Source: Octopus vulgaris (taxonomy: Eukaryota). Taken from it: DNA of 64,000 nt. The position numbers were made by a program, and so were the translations under genes. The stretch lies in NCBI GenBank assembly GCA_951406725.2, contig OX597827.1:58466001-58530000 (forward strand). The letters run 5' to 3'. The notes under the pieces are model-generated. The model saw nothing but the letters and a program-made list of their open reading frames with translations. It ran no database searches and was not told where the DNA came from. Of this stretch, positions 38,240 through 50,682 are shown piece after piece. The number at the start of each line of letters is the position of its first letter. The first letter of the stretch is position 1.

Positions 38240-41030
38240 GTGAGCTGAATTTCCCGAACCGTTGATCCGTCGTTATTATCATTCGATTTTCATCCCCCAT
38301 ACTTGCAGCATATATGACTCAGGATAATTGTAACGATTTAATTCTTTCGTTTTAACCCCATTCGTATTCAAGATACATTATAAAGAATATAAATTAATCC
38401 CGATAACTGACAGGTCATTTATTCTATCGACACCAAAAAGAGAAAAAGCAAAGTTGGCCCCTGCTTGAATTGAACTCGGAACGTAGAAGGCCGTAACAAA
38501 ATACTACTCCTGGAATTTATAAAAATCTCGACACATCCTCCCCTAATTTTTGCTTTGATTTCTCATTTCGACTAACTTCTCACTAAAATTTAGTCGAATT
38601 TGCATTTTAGAATATGACTAATTAAACGCCTTTAATTAACCCCCTTCCTCCCTATTTTGATGCTATGCATTCTAAAAATTTGACTTTTATTGCTTCATCT
38701 CAACATATGCGTTTACTATGTCACCCTGTTATTATTTTTAATTTTTCTTGTTTCTTATCTTAAACGTAGAGTCTATTAGTACTATCAAATTTGATATTTC
38801 GGCAACGCAGAATTGCTACCAACTTTCATTCATCAATTCTCGATGAGCGACCTTTACATGGTCACTCAACAGACAAGAAATATTAGTCAGACCGTCAAAT
38901 ATTGTTTTGAAAAGAAAACACTTTAGATAACGTACTCCGATATGCTGTTGTGGTGGGGTGTGGGTGTGAAAAAAATAAGACAGGCTGGTCATAAACGGAA
39001 CGACAAGGTTGATTTGGTGGGTAAACAACATACTACTCGGGGCATGAGTACTATCAAAGCGAAAACGTGTGAGCATGATCTGCTAGAAATAGCAGCCAAA
39101 CCTCCTTTATATCTTACAATAAGGACGCATTAGAAAATTTAGCCTTAGATACACCGCTTGAAAAAGCCCACTCATATAAAATTCCGCGATTAGTTTCGAC
39201 CTGAGGCTAAACAACTCGTACATTTTATAACTACTTATTTTCATAGCTATTTATAGATTTGAACAGTATTTTATGGTTAAAAAAAAATCATTATTTAAAA
39301 TATCGATTTTTTTTTTTCCGATTAGGGATGAGGTCAACTTTGTAGAGGACGAAGTGTGATACATTGAATTAAAGTAATATTATTCTGGTTGCTTAATAAC
39401 CCTGTTGAGAGTTGAACTCTGGTTTGAGGTTCTGAATAATTAAATAATTTACTGTAAAACGTCCAGTCTGAACCCTCTCCCCTCACTCTCCACCTAAAAA
39501 AAAACCCAAAAAAAACCTTGAGGCAATATCACTGTCCTACTAAGATTGACGTGTTACAAATTTATTATAGATTTCTTATTTGACACATAAGACACCAATA
39601 TTTATTTCTAGATGCATAGAAGGAAATTGTATGAAGTTTATACTTATTTGTATTAAATGGCCACAATCCAAAACTGATTATCAAAGTGATAAAATTAATT
39701 TATTTGAAAGTTAATTCCATGTTTTTAGTGTCAGGGGAGAAAGGAGGGTGGTTATATTTCATTTCATTCATTAATATATCTTTGTCATCTAGATGAGAAA
39801 GTCTGGCCTTTTCAAGGCCACTTGGAGTGGGAATGTAAGAGGTTGTCTTCAACTGGAGATCAGGTCTGAATGCTTGTGGCATTGGTGTTTAACTAAAGCA
39901 TAATGAACTCTGAAAAAAAAAAAAAACTAAGAAAAAGCTGAATAATCTTGAATAGAATAAGCATGTAACTTGAACAGTTTTTTTTTTAATAAAATATTTA
40001 TTTAACATAAATCATTTTTAATGCATTATGTAGATGAGCAGAATCAATGGCAACAGACAAAATGCCTAATGGTGATTAGTTGTGTACCTTTGCTTTGCCA
40101 CAGTAAATAAAATGAGTAACAATCAAACATTGATTTCAAATTTTGGCACAAGGCCAGCAATTTCCAGAGAGAGAGAGAGGATAAGTCAATTAAATCAATC
40201 CCAGTACTCAACTGGTACTTATTTTATCAATCCCAAAGCATTTTGCCCACCATACTAATGATTTATTCATTGTAAAACTCCTCTCTTAATTTAATCAATT
40301 TCTCATTGCGATCAGTACTTACTTTCCAACTTGTATGGATGATAAAGAAAGCATATTTTTTATGAATAAGCTACATGTGACCATATAGTCTGTTAATCTT
40401 GATGATAAAACCCTTCTGCTTGAAGATTTGAAGGAAACCCAAATTATGGCCACATACCAAGTGTGAGACATGGGGTATGTGGATACACTGCAAATAGATT
40501 GTTAGCAAAGACAAAACTACATGGGTGCATCAGATCTACAACATGGTAGATTAATACATTCCACTGACAGGCTGATCACAATATAGTTCTGAGAAGGTAA
40601 AAAATCAGAATATAACAATCATGAACACTGTAATATAATGTTTGGAGGAAAGAAATATTAAGCATCTACAAGATTAGCAACAATCATCATACCACTTTGA
40701 ACAAGTCTTTGTAATCAGTGAGTATGTGGGACCTCAATGAAGAAGGGTGGAGCATTCTTTAATCAATTGATTGCGAGTAAGGATACTGTATTTTGTCATG
40801 CAATCTTAATATACTATCAAGAATATATTACAGGTTTATAAGTCAATACTGTGCCTCACTTGTAGATTATGGTTGCATAACCAAATACAGTATCCTAACC
40901 AGCTATTAATACGTACATACAAGTTACCAGGAATATGTTTATGGAAAATTGGTATACCCAGTAATGTTACACCACTATATTTGGTGGCTATTTAAGCAGT
41001 GTGTTTGCAGATGGTTAATGGGTCGGATGT

Positions 41031-41075
41031 GATGCTGATGAAGGAGCAAGAGCTCCTGAAATATGCATATACACC
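41031..41075 (+). ncRNA. Minimal type I hammerhead-like motif (intact core)
   Basis: GATG CTGATGA AGGAGC-AAGA-GCTCCT GAA ATATGCATAT A CACC. Confidence 0.65.
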
Positions 41076-41890
41076 TATTATGTATTTTGCTGGCTTCATT
41101 CGTGTTTACATTAGACATATTTCTATACAAAACACTGTAACAAATCGGTGCTCCTTCTAATTTCTATAGAAAATCTGCAAAGATAACATTAACTCTTTAA
41201 CCTTTTAGCATTCGGATTACTCAAATGTAATGCTTATTTATTCAGTCTTTTAAAGACATCATGTATTATCGCATAGCTTTGAGATTTCAATGATGTGGTT
41301 GTTTATTTGTAGAATGACATAGTGAGAGTGGTTCTTTCAATTAACTTTAAATATAACAAAGAATTTAGTAAAATAACTTAGTTGTCATTAAGCTGGTGTT
41401 AGGAACATAAATTGTGGCTAAGGTTTGGTGGAAGATTTTAATTCAAAACTTATGCAAACAAGGCATTTGTACTACAGAGCCAAGCCGGGTTGATATTGAA
41501 AGGGTTAAACATAACTAGTCTGGGACCCTTTTGATAACACCTTGTATTCATGATCATACTCTTTCATTCATTATCCAACATTCAATAGATATATATACGC
41601 AATCACACATATACACAAATATATATTTGTGAGAGAGAGAGATTTTCTATTCACTTTCAGTCTGTCTTTGATTCCACTACACTACTTGTGTACTCATAGA
41701 TCATGAATACTACATTGTATGGGGTTTCTGCCTTCTTTTCTGCATATTGAACATGGCCATTTCCCTGATGTTATCACTTCCTTGTCATCATTCCTACATA
41801 ATAAAGTAGTACAGTTTTATATTTAAGAGATGAGGAATTATGTATATTATTTACATTTGACAGATTTTTGTCCTCATCTTGTTTGTTGTT

Positions 41891-41936
41891 AACACAACAT
41901 TTTGGCTGATATGCCCTCCAGCCTTCATCAGGTGTC
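41891..41936 (-). ncRNA. Decayed minimal hammerhead-like motif in a Penelope-like repeat (about 41810-41960)
   Basis: GACAC CTGATGA A GGCTG-(10 nt)-CAGCC AAAA TG T T GTGTT. GAAA is mutated to AAAA. Confidence 0.5.
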
Positions 41937-42937
41937 TTGGGGAAATTTCAAACCTGGGTTGGTTCTCGGAACCATGTGGTTGGTAAGCAAGCTACTTACC
42001 ACACAGCCACTCCTATGCCTGGAAATGACTAATTATGTTAATATGTATACTAAAGGTTTTGCATTTTGAATATGGCATGCTTTCATCTGATCTACAAATG
42101 CAATGAACTCTCTACATTGCACTGGTTGATGATGAATACTAGTGGTTGAAATGGGGATTGTCTGAAGGATGTTTAGGGCAATGTTACTCAACATAATGTG
42201 TAGTTCGGAAATCAAGAAGTCTCTCCAGGTTGAATTACTACTTCTCCATATCGGGAGGTACTACAGACATGTGATAAGAATATTGCAGGAAAGAATTTCA
42301 AGACTGATTCTTCAAGCAGAGCCAACTGGTAGGGTGTAGACCTAGAATAAGATGGTTGGATAATATTTATAGTCTCAGTTGGCCACACTTTGGGAATCCC
42401 GCCAGAGAGTGTAATGATAGTTGCTTCTAATAGGACCCAGTGGTGGAGGTGCCTGAAGACTCCACTCTCATGACCCTCCCAGTAATAGTGGGCTGAGAAA
42501 ATGGATGGATGAATTTGAGATAAGGTGGCAGCCTGCATGACATTACAAAAAAATTTTCTCACTTGAGATGTAGGGTTTGAAGCATGTAGTTCAGTTTTAA
42601 AGATATTCAGGAATTTATTATGGGGCGATGTTGGCACCCTGACGAAGTCAAAAGATTACCCAGTAGCTCCCTTTTCAGTTTGAATATTACCCTATTAAAT
42701 ATTACGCTAGAGAAACTGGGAAACCAACCCTATGCTCTTTGTGGAGTCATGTGGACTAACTGAATATTAGTGCATTTTGAAGATTCTGATTTGGTATCAT
42801 ACACTTTTGTTCAATATCTACACGGGCTGACTTTGTACTTCTGCTCCCTTGAGAAAGGCTAAATAAAAACTGCTTGTATTATCTAATTTAGTAAGTAAAT
42901 TATTGCATTTGAGATTTTGTCTTTGTTTATATTGCAG

Positions 42938-43051
42938 CCATTAAAATTCCGAAGATGGGTGATCGGATTAAAGTTGGTACTCGAGTGGAAGTGATTGGTA
43001 AAGGAGTTTTTGGTCAAGTGGCGTACATTGGCACTACACTTTTTTCAACTG
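42938..43051 (+). CDS. DCTN1: DCTN1 (dynactin p150Glued) exon, N-half of CAP-Gly; ATG at 42955
   Basis: MGDRIKVGTRVEVIGKGVFGQVAYIGTTLFST(G) matches the p150Glued CAP-Gly start; ttgcag acceptor, gtgagt donor. Confidence 0.93.
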
Positions 43052-43689
43052 GTGAGTTATTCTGTTCTTTGTCAAATTTATTTTTAATCTTTTATGAATG
43101 GAGACTAAAGTATATACTTTTTAAAATTCTAACTATAAAATTTGTTGCCCAAATTATATAATTTACACCTCCACCAAAGGCTACTAGTATTTTAACTCCT
43201 TAGCTTTCAGATTAATCTGTCAAATGTAATAATTATTTATTCAGAATATCTTGAATTAATCATGCATTATGTTGTAGCTTCAAGATTTCAATGACGTGAT
43301 TGCTTATTCTTAGAATAACATGGTTGGGTAGTGTGAGAGACCAGATCTAGCCAGTGTGAACATAAAACAAGCAGAATATATGGGCTGGATATAGCTGGTT
43401 TAAATGCTCAAGCACTTGAGGCTAAAATATTTAACCTGCAACCAATGTTTCATAGGTATTTTGTACCACTTTCAAGTAAATAAATAAATATATAGCAATA
43501 AGTAATGGTTTTCCTCAGAGTTTTGGTAGCCTGGCTCAAGCTTTTGGAATTACGGAGATGTACTTACATAGCAAGTGACCTGATCTGAGATTGTGTGCTG
43601 CATCAAAAGCAGTTGCAGCGTGGAAGGTTTTATAAACCATTTAAGAAACACACAAAACCCTTTAGATTCACTTCAACACTTAAATTTAA

Positions 43690-43740
43690 TTTGTCAAAAT
43701 ATTTTCATCACTTTGAGACTACGACCTGTTCACTGACAAA
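43690..43740 (-). ncRNA. Hammerhead-like motif with compensated G3:C8 core
   Basis: TTTGTCA GTGAACA G GTCGT-AGTCTCAAA-GTGAT GAA AATATT T TGACAAA. Confidence 0.5.
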
Positions 43741-46700
43741 ATTCCGTGTTGAAATTTACAGAAAGACAAAAGATGAAGACAGGTGTAGGAACAACAAACA
43801 AGTGTGTTAATTTGATGCCCGTGAAAAATGGAAGTCTTTTGTGTTTTGAGCCTATGCTTTTCGACAGAAAGGAAAAAAAGGAAATAAATAGAGAGAGAAT
43901 GAAAAAAATGTGTAGAGTTCAGTGGTCCAGCATAGCGAATATATATATATATATATATATAAAGGTATGTAGAAAAATACAACATGGACAAGAACGTATA
44001 ACTCTTAGAAGACGAAACAATAAACACGGACAGGACATTATATATATATATATATTGTGTGAAGGTTCAGTAGTTGGGCTCACAGTCTTGAGGTCGTGAG
44101 TTCAATTCCCGGACAGGGCTGTGTGTTGTGTTATTAAGCAAGGCACATTATCATGTTGCTCCAGCTCACTCAACTGTAGAAAATGAGTTGGTGCCAAGCT
44201 GTATTGGCCTTTGCATTTCCCTTAGATAACATCAGTGGTGTGGAGATGGGAAACTGGTATGCATGGGCGACTGCTGGTCTTTCATAAACAACCTTGCCTA
44301 GACTTGTGCCTTGGAGAGGAACTTTCTAGCTGCAATCCCATGGGCATTTATGACCGAAGGTGGTCTTTTTATACACACACATTTATTCATTATCAGTAAG
44401 AATATTAGGATGGATAAGAGGTTTCACTTAATGATCTCAGTTCCAACTTTATAAGTAATTGTGTTCTGATTATTACTTTACGTATTTCAGTCTGTCTGAG
44501 ATATGAAGAGTTCATTAGAAGAAAGGTATCCAGGTATTAAAAAAGAAACAAAAAAAAAAATTTAAGGTGCAAGTATGGCTGTATGACTGAGAAGTTCGCT
44601 TCACATTCATCTGGTTTTAAATTCAGTCCTACTTTGCTGTACCTTCAGCATTTGTCTTCTATTATAGCCTTGGACTGGCTGATATCTTGTGAATTTGGTA
44701 GATGGAAACTGTATGGAATGTGTTTGTGTGTGTGTGTGTGTGTGTGTAAGCATGTGGTATTGTTTTGTTTACATCTCTGTAACTTAGCATTTAAGCAATT
44801 AGAGACTGCCAGATTAAGTACTAGACTTGAATGTATTGTAGTTGATTAAACTTTTCAAGGAAGTGCTCCAGCATGGCTGTGGTTTAATTAGTGTAACAAA
44901 TAACAGAATAAGTGTACACACCAATTTGCAAATCACCCCCCACTCCCATTGCTAAATGCTTTGAAACAGAAATGATATATACTTTATAATGGCACCTATT
45001 TACAAATAACAAGACTTGCCTGTTAAAGAATTATCTTTGAGACACGATGCAGTCATTCTTAATGGTGTATAAACCACTGACTATACAGTAGATAGTTAAC
45101 CAAGTGCTTGGTGTTGAAATCATGAGACTAACAAACTAGTCTAAAATATTTACTATAATGATTGATTATGCCATTAAGCTAATCCTGTTTGTTACACTTT
45201 GACTAGTATATACTTTGATCATTGATAAAAGATTATTATAGTATAGATATCGTGTCATATTTACATACGTACTTTACTTTGAAATTAGGATTTTTACTAG
45301 CATTCAGCTGCACCTCTAGGTACTGGTAAAGTATATGTGATTATCATATCAGAAAATAATCTGAGAGAACACCAAAAGACACAGTTCATAAAATGAAGAT
45401 GATAATCTGATTACTCTTTAATGCTTCTGCTATTAATGCCTTACCACAGAAGTACGTCTTACATTAGCCCTTGGCTATTTATACAGTTATAGCAATGGGG
45501 TATTGATGATTGAATTTTATAGAGTTTATTTCTGGTACTTTGCTTCTTGAATGATTGATCTAATAGAATTTGACCCCAAAATGTGTAGGGCACGTGTATA
45601 ACTATGCAATTAAAGTTTGCTTTGAAATTGCATGATGCTTGAGTGGATTCTTCTGTGTGGCACTTGAGCAAGAGTCTTTAATCTCAAAGTTCAACCCAAA
45701 TCTTAGGTGAAATCAAACTGGATGGAGACTGCCAGAGTCCTTCAGATGGATGGTACCAGTTCTTGGTTGGTTAATTTATACTTCATCTAGTTTAACTCTA
45801 CCACCTGATCCTTGGGTACCTTTAGCAGAGTCCAATTTTAGATTAGGTCTTTGGTCTAAGGATGACCCATGAATCATGGTCTCTTCTTCCGTTCCCCTCT
45901 TACCAATCTTGGAAACTCTTCAGAAAAGTCATAAAAAAGAACCTTACTTTTAGTTCCACATCTTATAGATACTCTGGGATGTATCATCAGCTATGTTTCT
46001 GGGCTCTCAAGTGGTTTCAGATCATTCATCAACAGACCCCGTTACCTGGTTGACTCATTTGGGGTTGATCAGATACCAGCTTGCATCCCAGTTACAGTAA
46101 ACTACTTGTGTGCCCTGTTTACCCAAAGCCACCTAGTAGCCTCTGCTATTTTAGTGATGACATTTATTGCCTTCCACTTTGCTGCTCCACTAACTCCAAG
46201 CCCAATCAGAGCTTCAGCCATTTAGTCTACTGTCCACTGTCCATTTATCTTAGAAATATACTAATGTGATTCATAATTATTCTCTATTTGTTAGCCATGC
46301 CTCCACCCCTTACTTTTTTTTTTAAAATCAGCTGGCTAGTAAGTTGGGTTTTGCATTTAACTCCAGTCCATTGACTACAGTTTTGTTGTTATTGATATTG
46401 CTGTTGCGTGTCAGACAGTTTTCAATCACTTCCTTTTTTCTGAGTTCATATCCTGCCAAGACTACCTGTAACTTTCATTCTCCCAGAGTTCATGAAATAA
46501 AGAGATTGACAGTCTGAGTACCAGACTTTAAAATAAGTACTGAGGTCAATTTGTTTCAGTCAGATCTTTCAAGATGGTGCTCCAACATGGTCACAGTTCA
46601 ACGACTGAAACCAGTTAGAATTGTATGTTATTTCGAGTAAACACTAGTGGTATGAGTATAGTTTGAACCCTGATATATTACTGGTATGTGGAGGCATGTG

Positions 46701-49014
46701 GCTTAGTAATTGTAAGATCGTGGTTTCATTTCATGGATTGGCGTGATGCATTGTGTTCTTAAGCAAAACACTTCATTTCACATTGCTCGAGTCCATTCAG
46801 CTGGCAAAAATGAGTAATTCTGTGATAAACCATTGTCCTGTCCAGTGGGGGAAATATATATACACCACAGAATCTGAGAAGGACCTTTGATATTTTAATA
46901 CCACTGGTACATAATTTATTAATTATGAAAGGCAAAATGCAAAAAATTGTGGTCATTCAGATTTGACTTCTGCTTAGTGACCTCATAAAGTAGCTACTCT
47001 AAAATACATAGGTTGATTACCATTTGTACCAAATCCACCACTGCAGTAAGTTTTTCAATTAAGTACAATGCTTCAGGCTAAATAGCTGACCAAGTTTTTC
47101 TATTCTGATCTTTTGTTCCGAGTGTCAGACATGAAAGTTGAACTTGCTCAGTTGCCCTCAATGTCAGTAAAGCAATTATCTATAAATCCCATATTTCATT
47201 GTTTAGCTGCTCTCAAGAGTATTGAAGTTTAAACCTCATTAATCCACACTGAGAAAGCAATATTGATTAACGTGTTTATTTGACATATCAATCACTTGTA
47301 AACAAGTAGCATCTTCCAGTTGTTATTTATGTTTGTGTATCTGTTTTAACTGCTGGTAAATGGACGTTACAAGTCACCTATATGGTAGCTCTTCTTCGCT
47401 GGATGAAAGGTTATTTTTATTATTATTTTATCAAATCTACAATGATAGAATATGTTGCATATCATAGTAAAACAATTTCTGTCATATTTCTGTAAATAAT
47501 TTTTCCAAACAAATTTTGTTATCATTACTATGTTAGCATGTTAAGTCATTAAGTGATGTTCATTAACTTTATTTTTAATTCATTTAAAAACTATTTGAAG
47601 ATTTTTCTTTTTCATTATTTCACTTCACAAGATATTTTTTATTAGAATATTTTATACTTTTAAAAATGCCAAACTTTAGAAATATTAGACATTTTTTTCT
47701 AAAATACCAGATTCCCTTTTTTAATTACCAAACTTTTTTTAAATGTCTTAACATTTTACTGTAAAGTTTTACATTATCTAAAATAATACGTGGTATAAAA
47801 ACTTTTTAGCTGGAATGTGTTGCAATTTTTCCTAAATATTTCAACTTCATACAAAAGATCAGGATCTATATAGACACACATTTCTCTGACTGTACTCTTC
47901 TAAAGATGGGCTTTTTGTCTGAAATATATATAAAGTTTTTTCAACTTTCATCTTTTCATTGTTAGAAGCTTTTCTCATTTATCTTTTCATTTATTATTCT
48001 ACTTCTGTGCTACAATGTTTCAAGCGAACTACAATGTTCTTCAATCATAACTTAATTGAACATAATCAGTACTCAAATTTTTTAGCATTATGCTCGCGTG
48101 CATCCCCCCTCCATAGTTGGCAAGAAGATGCTAGTCCAAACTTAGAATCAATAGAAAAACATTGAATTAGTGCTTGAACTGATGAAATTCTTAAATTCTA
48201 ACTTACTAATTAAGGTAAAATAGCCCAGCAGGTCAATAGGTGGCTATAAGAAATACAAAAAAAAATGTTCTGTAATTTCCCCTTGCTTCAAGCAAGTTGA
48301 AAACATTTTTGCTTATTTGCAGTGAGTAGTATTGTCTCATTATGTTCACCTGTTTGCACCTGTTGATATGCATAATAATATCAACCATTCACCATACCTT
48401 TGAAACAGCTGTAAAGAATTATTTTAATTTTGTTATATGTAACAGCTCCTTCAAATGAATTCCTGTCATCTATAATTGTTTGTTCATCTTCTCTCTCTCT
48501 CTCTCTCTCTCTATACATATATATATAACGTGTGTGTGCATGCAACATGAAATTGAGATTTAATAAAATGTTCAATGTGTTTGTTATTTAATGGTTTAAT
48601 AAAAGTAGTGGATTCTCTACAGTTTTGAGCTACATTCCTTTGCATTATGAGTTGAGATCTTCCCAAGGTTGACTCTACATTTCATTGTCAAAAGTTGATA
48701 AAATGAGTGCCTGTAATGTACTGGTAGGGACTTCTGTTGACTGTTACCACTAATTAAAAGATTAATGATTTATATAACAATTAATGATGACAGAAAAGGA
48801 GGGTTGGACTATTAACTCATTTCTTGAAAATGAAATTAAAAAAAAAACAAACAAACTAAATAACTCTGATTAGTAAAGGTGATGGTAATGTGGTTTAAAG
48901 GTATTGGGTCAGTATGATGGCCAGTAGCAAAAATTCTACCAGAAATTAAGAATTTGGTATTGAATTACTCTTATATAAAGATGCCCTGTTCAGTGCATTC
49001 TGTAAGAATTAATT

Positions 49015-49251
49015 TTACCCCTTAGCATTTAAACCGGCCATAAGAGCCCCAAATATTCTACCTGTTTTATATTCAAACTTATACTACATGTTTATTCTAA
49101 ACATATGTTTATTCCACACTATGTTTATTCTAAATAAAAATAGCTATGCCACTGAAGTTTCAAGGCTCCAAGATGATGCATAATTAATTCAAAATGATGT
49201 GAATAGATAAGCATTGCATTTGAAAGAGTAATCTGAATGTTAAAGAGTTAA
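49015..49251. mobile_element. piggyBac-like MITE, family 2 (relatives near 33120-33310, 41190-41330, 43192-43410)
   Basis: Ends TACCCCTTAGCATT ... AATGTTAAAGAGTTAA; the body recurs in both orientations. Confidence 0.55.
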
Positions 49252-50294
49252 AGATGAGAACTGTGGTTTTATAACTTAATCACATAAGGGACCAGGAGAT
49301 TTGGCAATTTGCTATACTTGGTAAGATGTATCAGGCTAAGTAAAATTGCAGTCTTCCACACACATATAGGCTTGTCCCTTCAGGTGTTGGCACTGCGTAA
49401 ATGCTCCCATGCCAGTGTTGCATAAATGCACCCATACTGGTGCTGCATAAACATACATGTGCCAATTGCATGTAAAAAGCACCCCACACACTCTGTTAAG
49501 TGGTTAGCATTAGGAAAGGCATCTAGCTGTAGAAACCATGTCTCAACACACAATTGGAGTGAAAATCCGTTTGGCCGTTTCCCAGTAGTTTTGCAAACAC
49601 TCGAACAGACAAAGACGAGTGACTACAATAACCCTGCTTCGCTTACACATGTAGGGTTGAACATTCCATCAAAATTCCCAGTTAATTTCCAAACACCAGA
49701 TCAAAAGCGACAAAGAATTTTACTCAATTACTGTTTTAAAAATTAATTAAAACAAAGGCAGTGTATTTCATTAGGAAATATGAAACAAAGGGGTTGAGTT
49801 GATTTAATTTTTGGATAGCAAAGAACCAAACTATGTACAATAAATTGTATACATTAGCTTTGTGTTCTCTCAATGGTGATGTGTCTTTTTGTTGTCTGAG
49901 GGATGGAATTAAGCATGTTATAGGGGCCTGATTGTATCTGCATCTCTGGGCAAGGAACTGTTGGTGGCTTGTATCTTTGTACTGTGTACAGTAAATGATA
50001 TTTACCTCTCACTGGATGGGTTACTTTTTTTTGTTGATCTTACCTTAAAGGAACAATATACTCTGTGTGTGTATGTATACGCAGTCGTGTGTTTATGTAT
50101 GTATATGTAATGCGGGTGTGTGCACATCTATGAGGGTGGTTGGGGGTCACAAAGAGGTGGAAATATTTAATAACATTTTTTTAAAATGGACAAAAAAAAA
50201 AAAGAAAGCCAAAAGAAATTGCCTTTAGCTTTAAAGTTTTATATAATTGTGTGACCCTGTTGTAATTTTTAAAAATTTTACTTTATTCTTTCAG

Positions 50295-50410
50295 GGAAAT
50301 GGGTTGGAGTTGTATTAGATGAAGCGAAAGGTAAGAACAATGGAACTGTACAAGGCAAGACTTACTTTCAAAGTCCCGAAAACCATGGAATCTTTGTGCG
50401 TCAGTCACAG
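50295..50410 (+). CDS. DCTN1: DCTN1 exon, C-half of CAP-Gly
   Basis: (G)[38 protein letters not shown]; tttcag acceptor, CAG|gtacag donor; phase 1-0. Confidence 0.95.
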
Positions 50411-50682
50411 GTACAGCAACGTCAATAATAATTCATCTTTTTGCATCCGAGTCATTGTTCTATTGCATACTGTGTTCATAACATTTATCCAGATTTTTGC
50501 TATTTATTGTAGAAGTCATGTTTGGTGTGGCTGTGACAATGTCTGACTCAGTGAATTAGAATTAGCTTCATTTTTCTTGATTGTTGGAATAAAATCTAAA
50601 AAAAAACAAACAAAGGCACTAGTAGGAATTGACTCATATTTACTTTTGAATTGGTGCTTGTAAATGTTTACCAATTAATATA

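Noticed and set aside
42212-42637. 141-aa minus-strand ORF
   Set aside because: No recognisable domain or splice context; probably decayed element sequence. A blastx search would settle it.
43835-43872. Hammerhead look-alike on the minus strand (CTTT CTGTCGA A AAGC-ATAG-GCTC AAAA..AAAG)
   Set aside because: At least three core positions deviate, so it cannot be supported without a family consensus.
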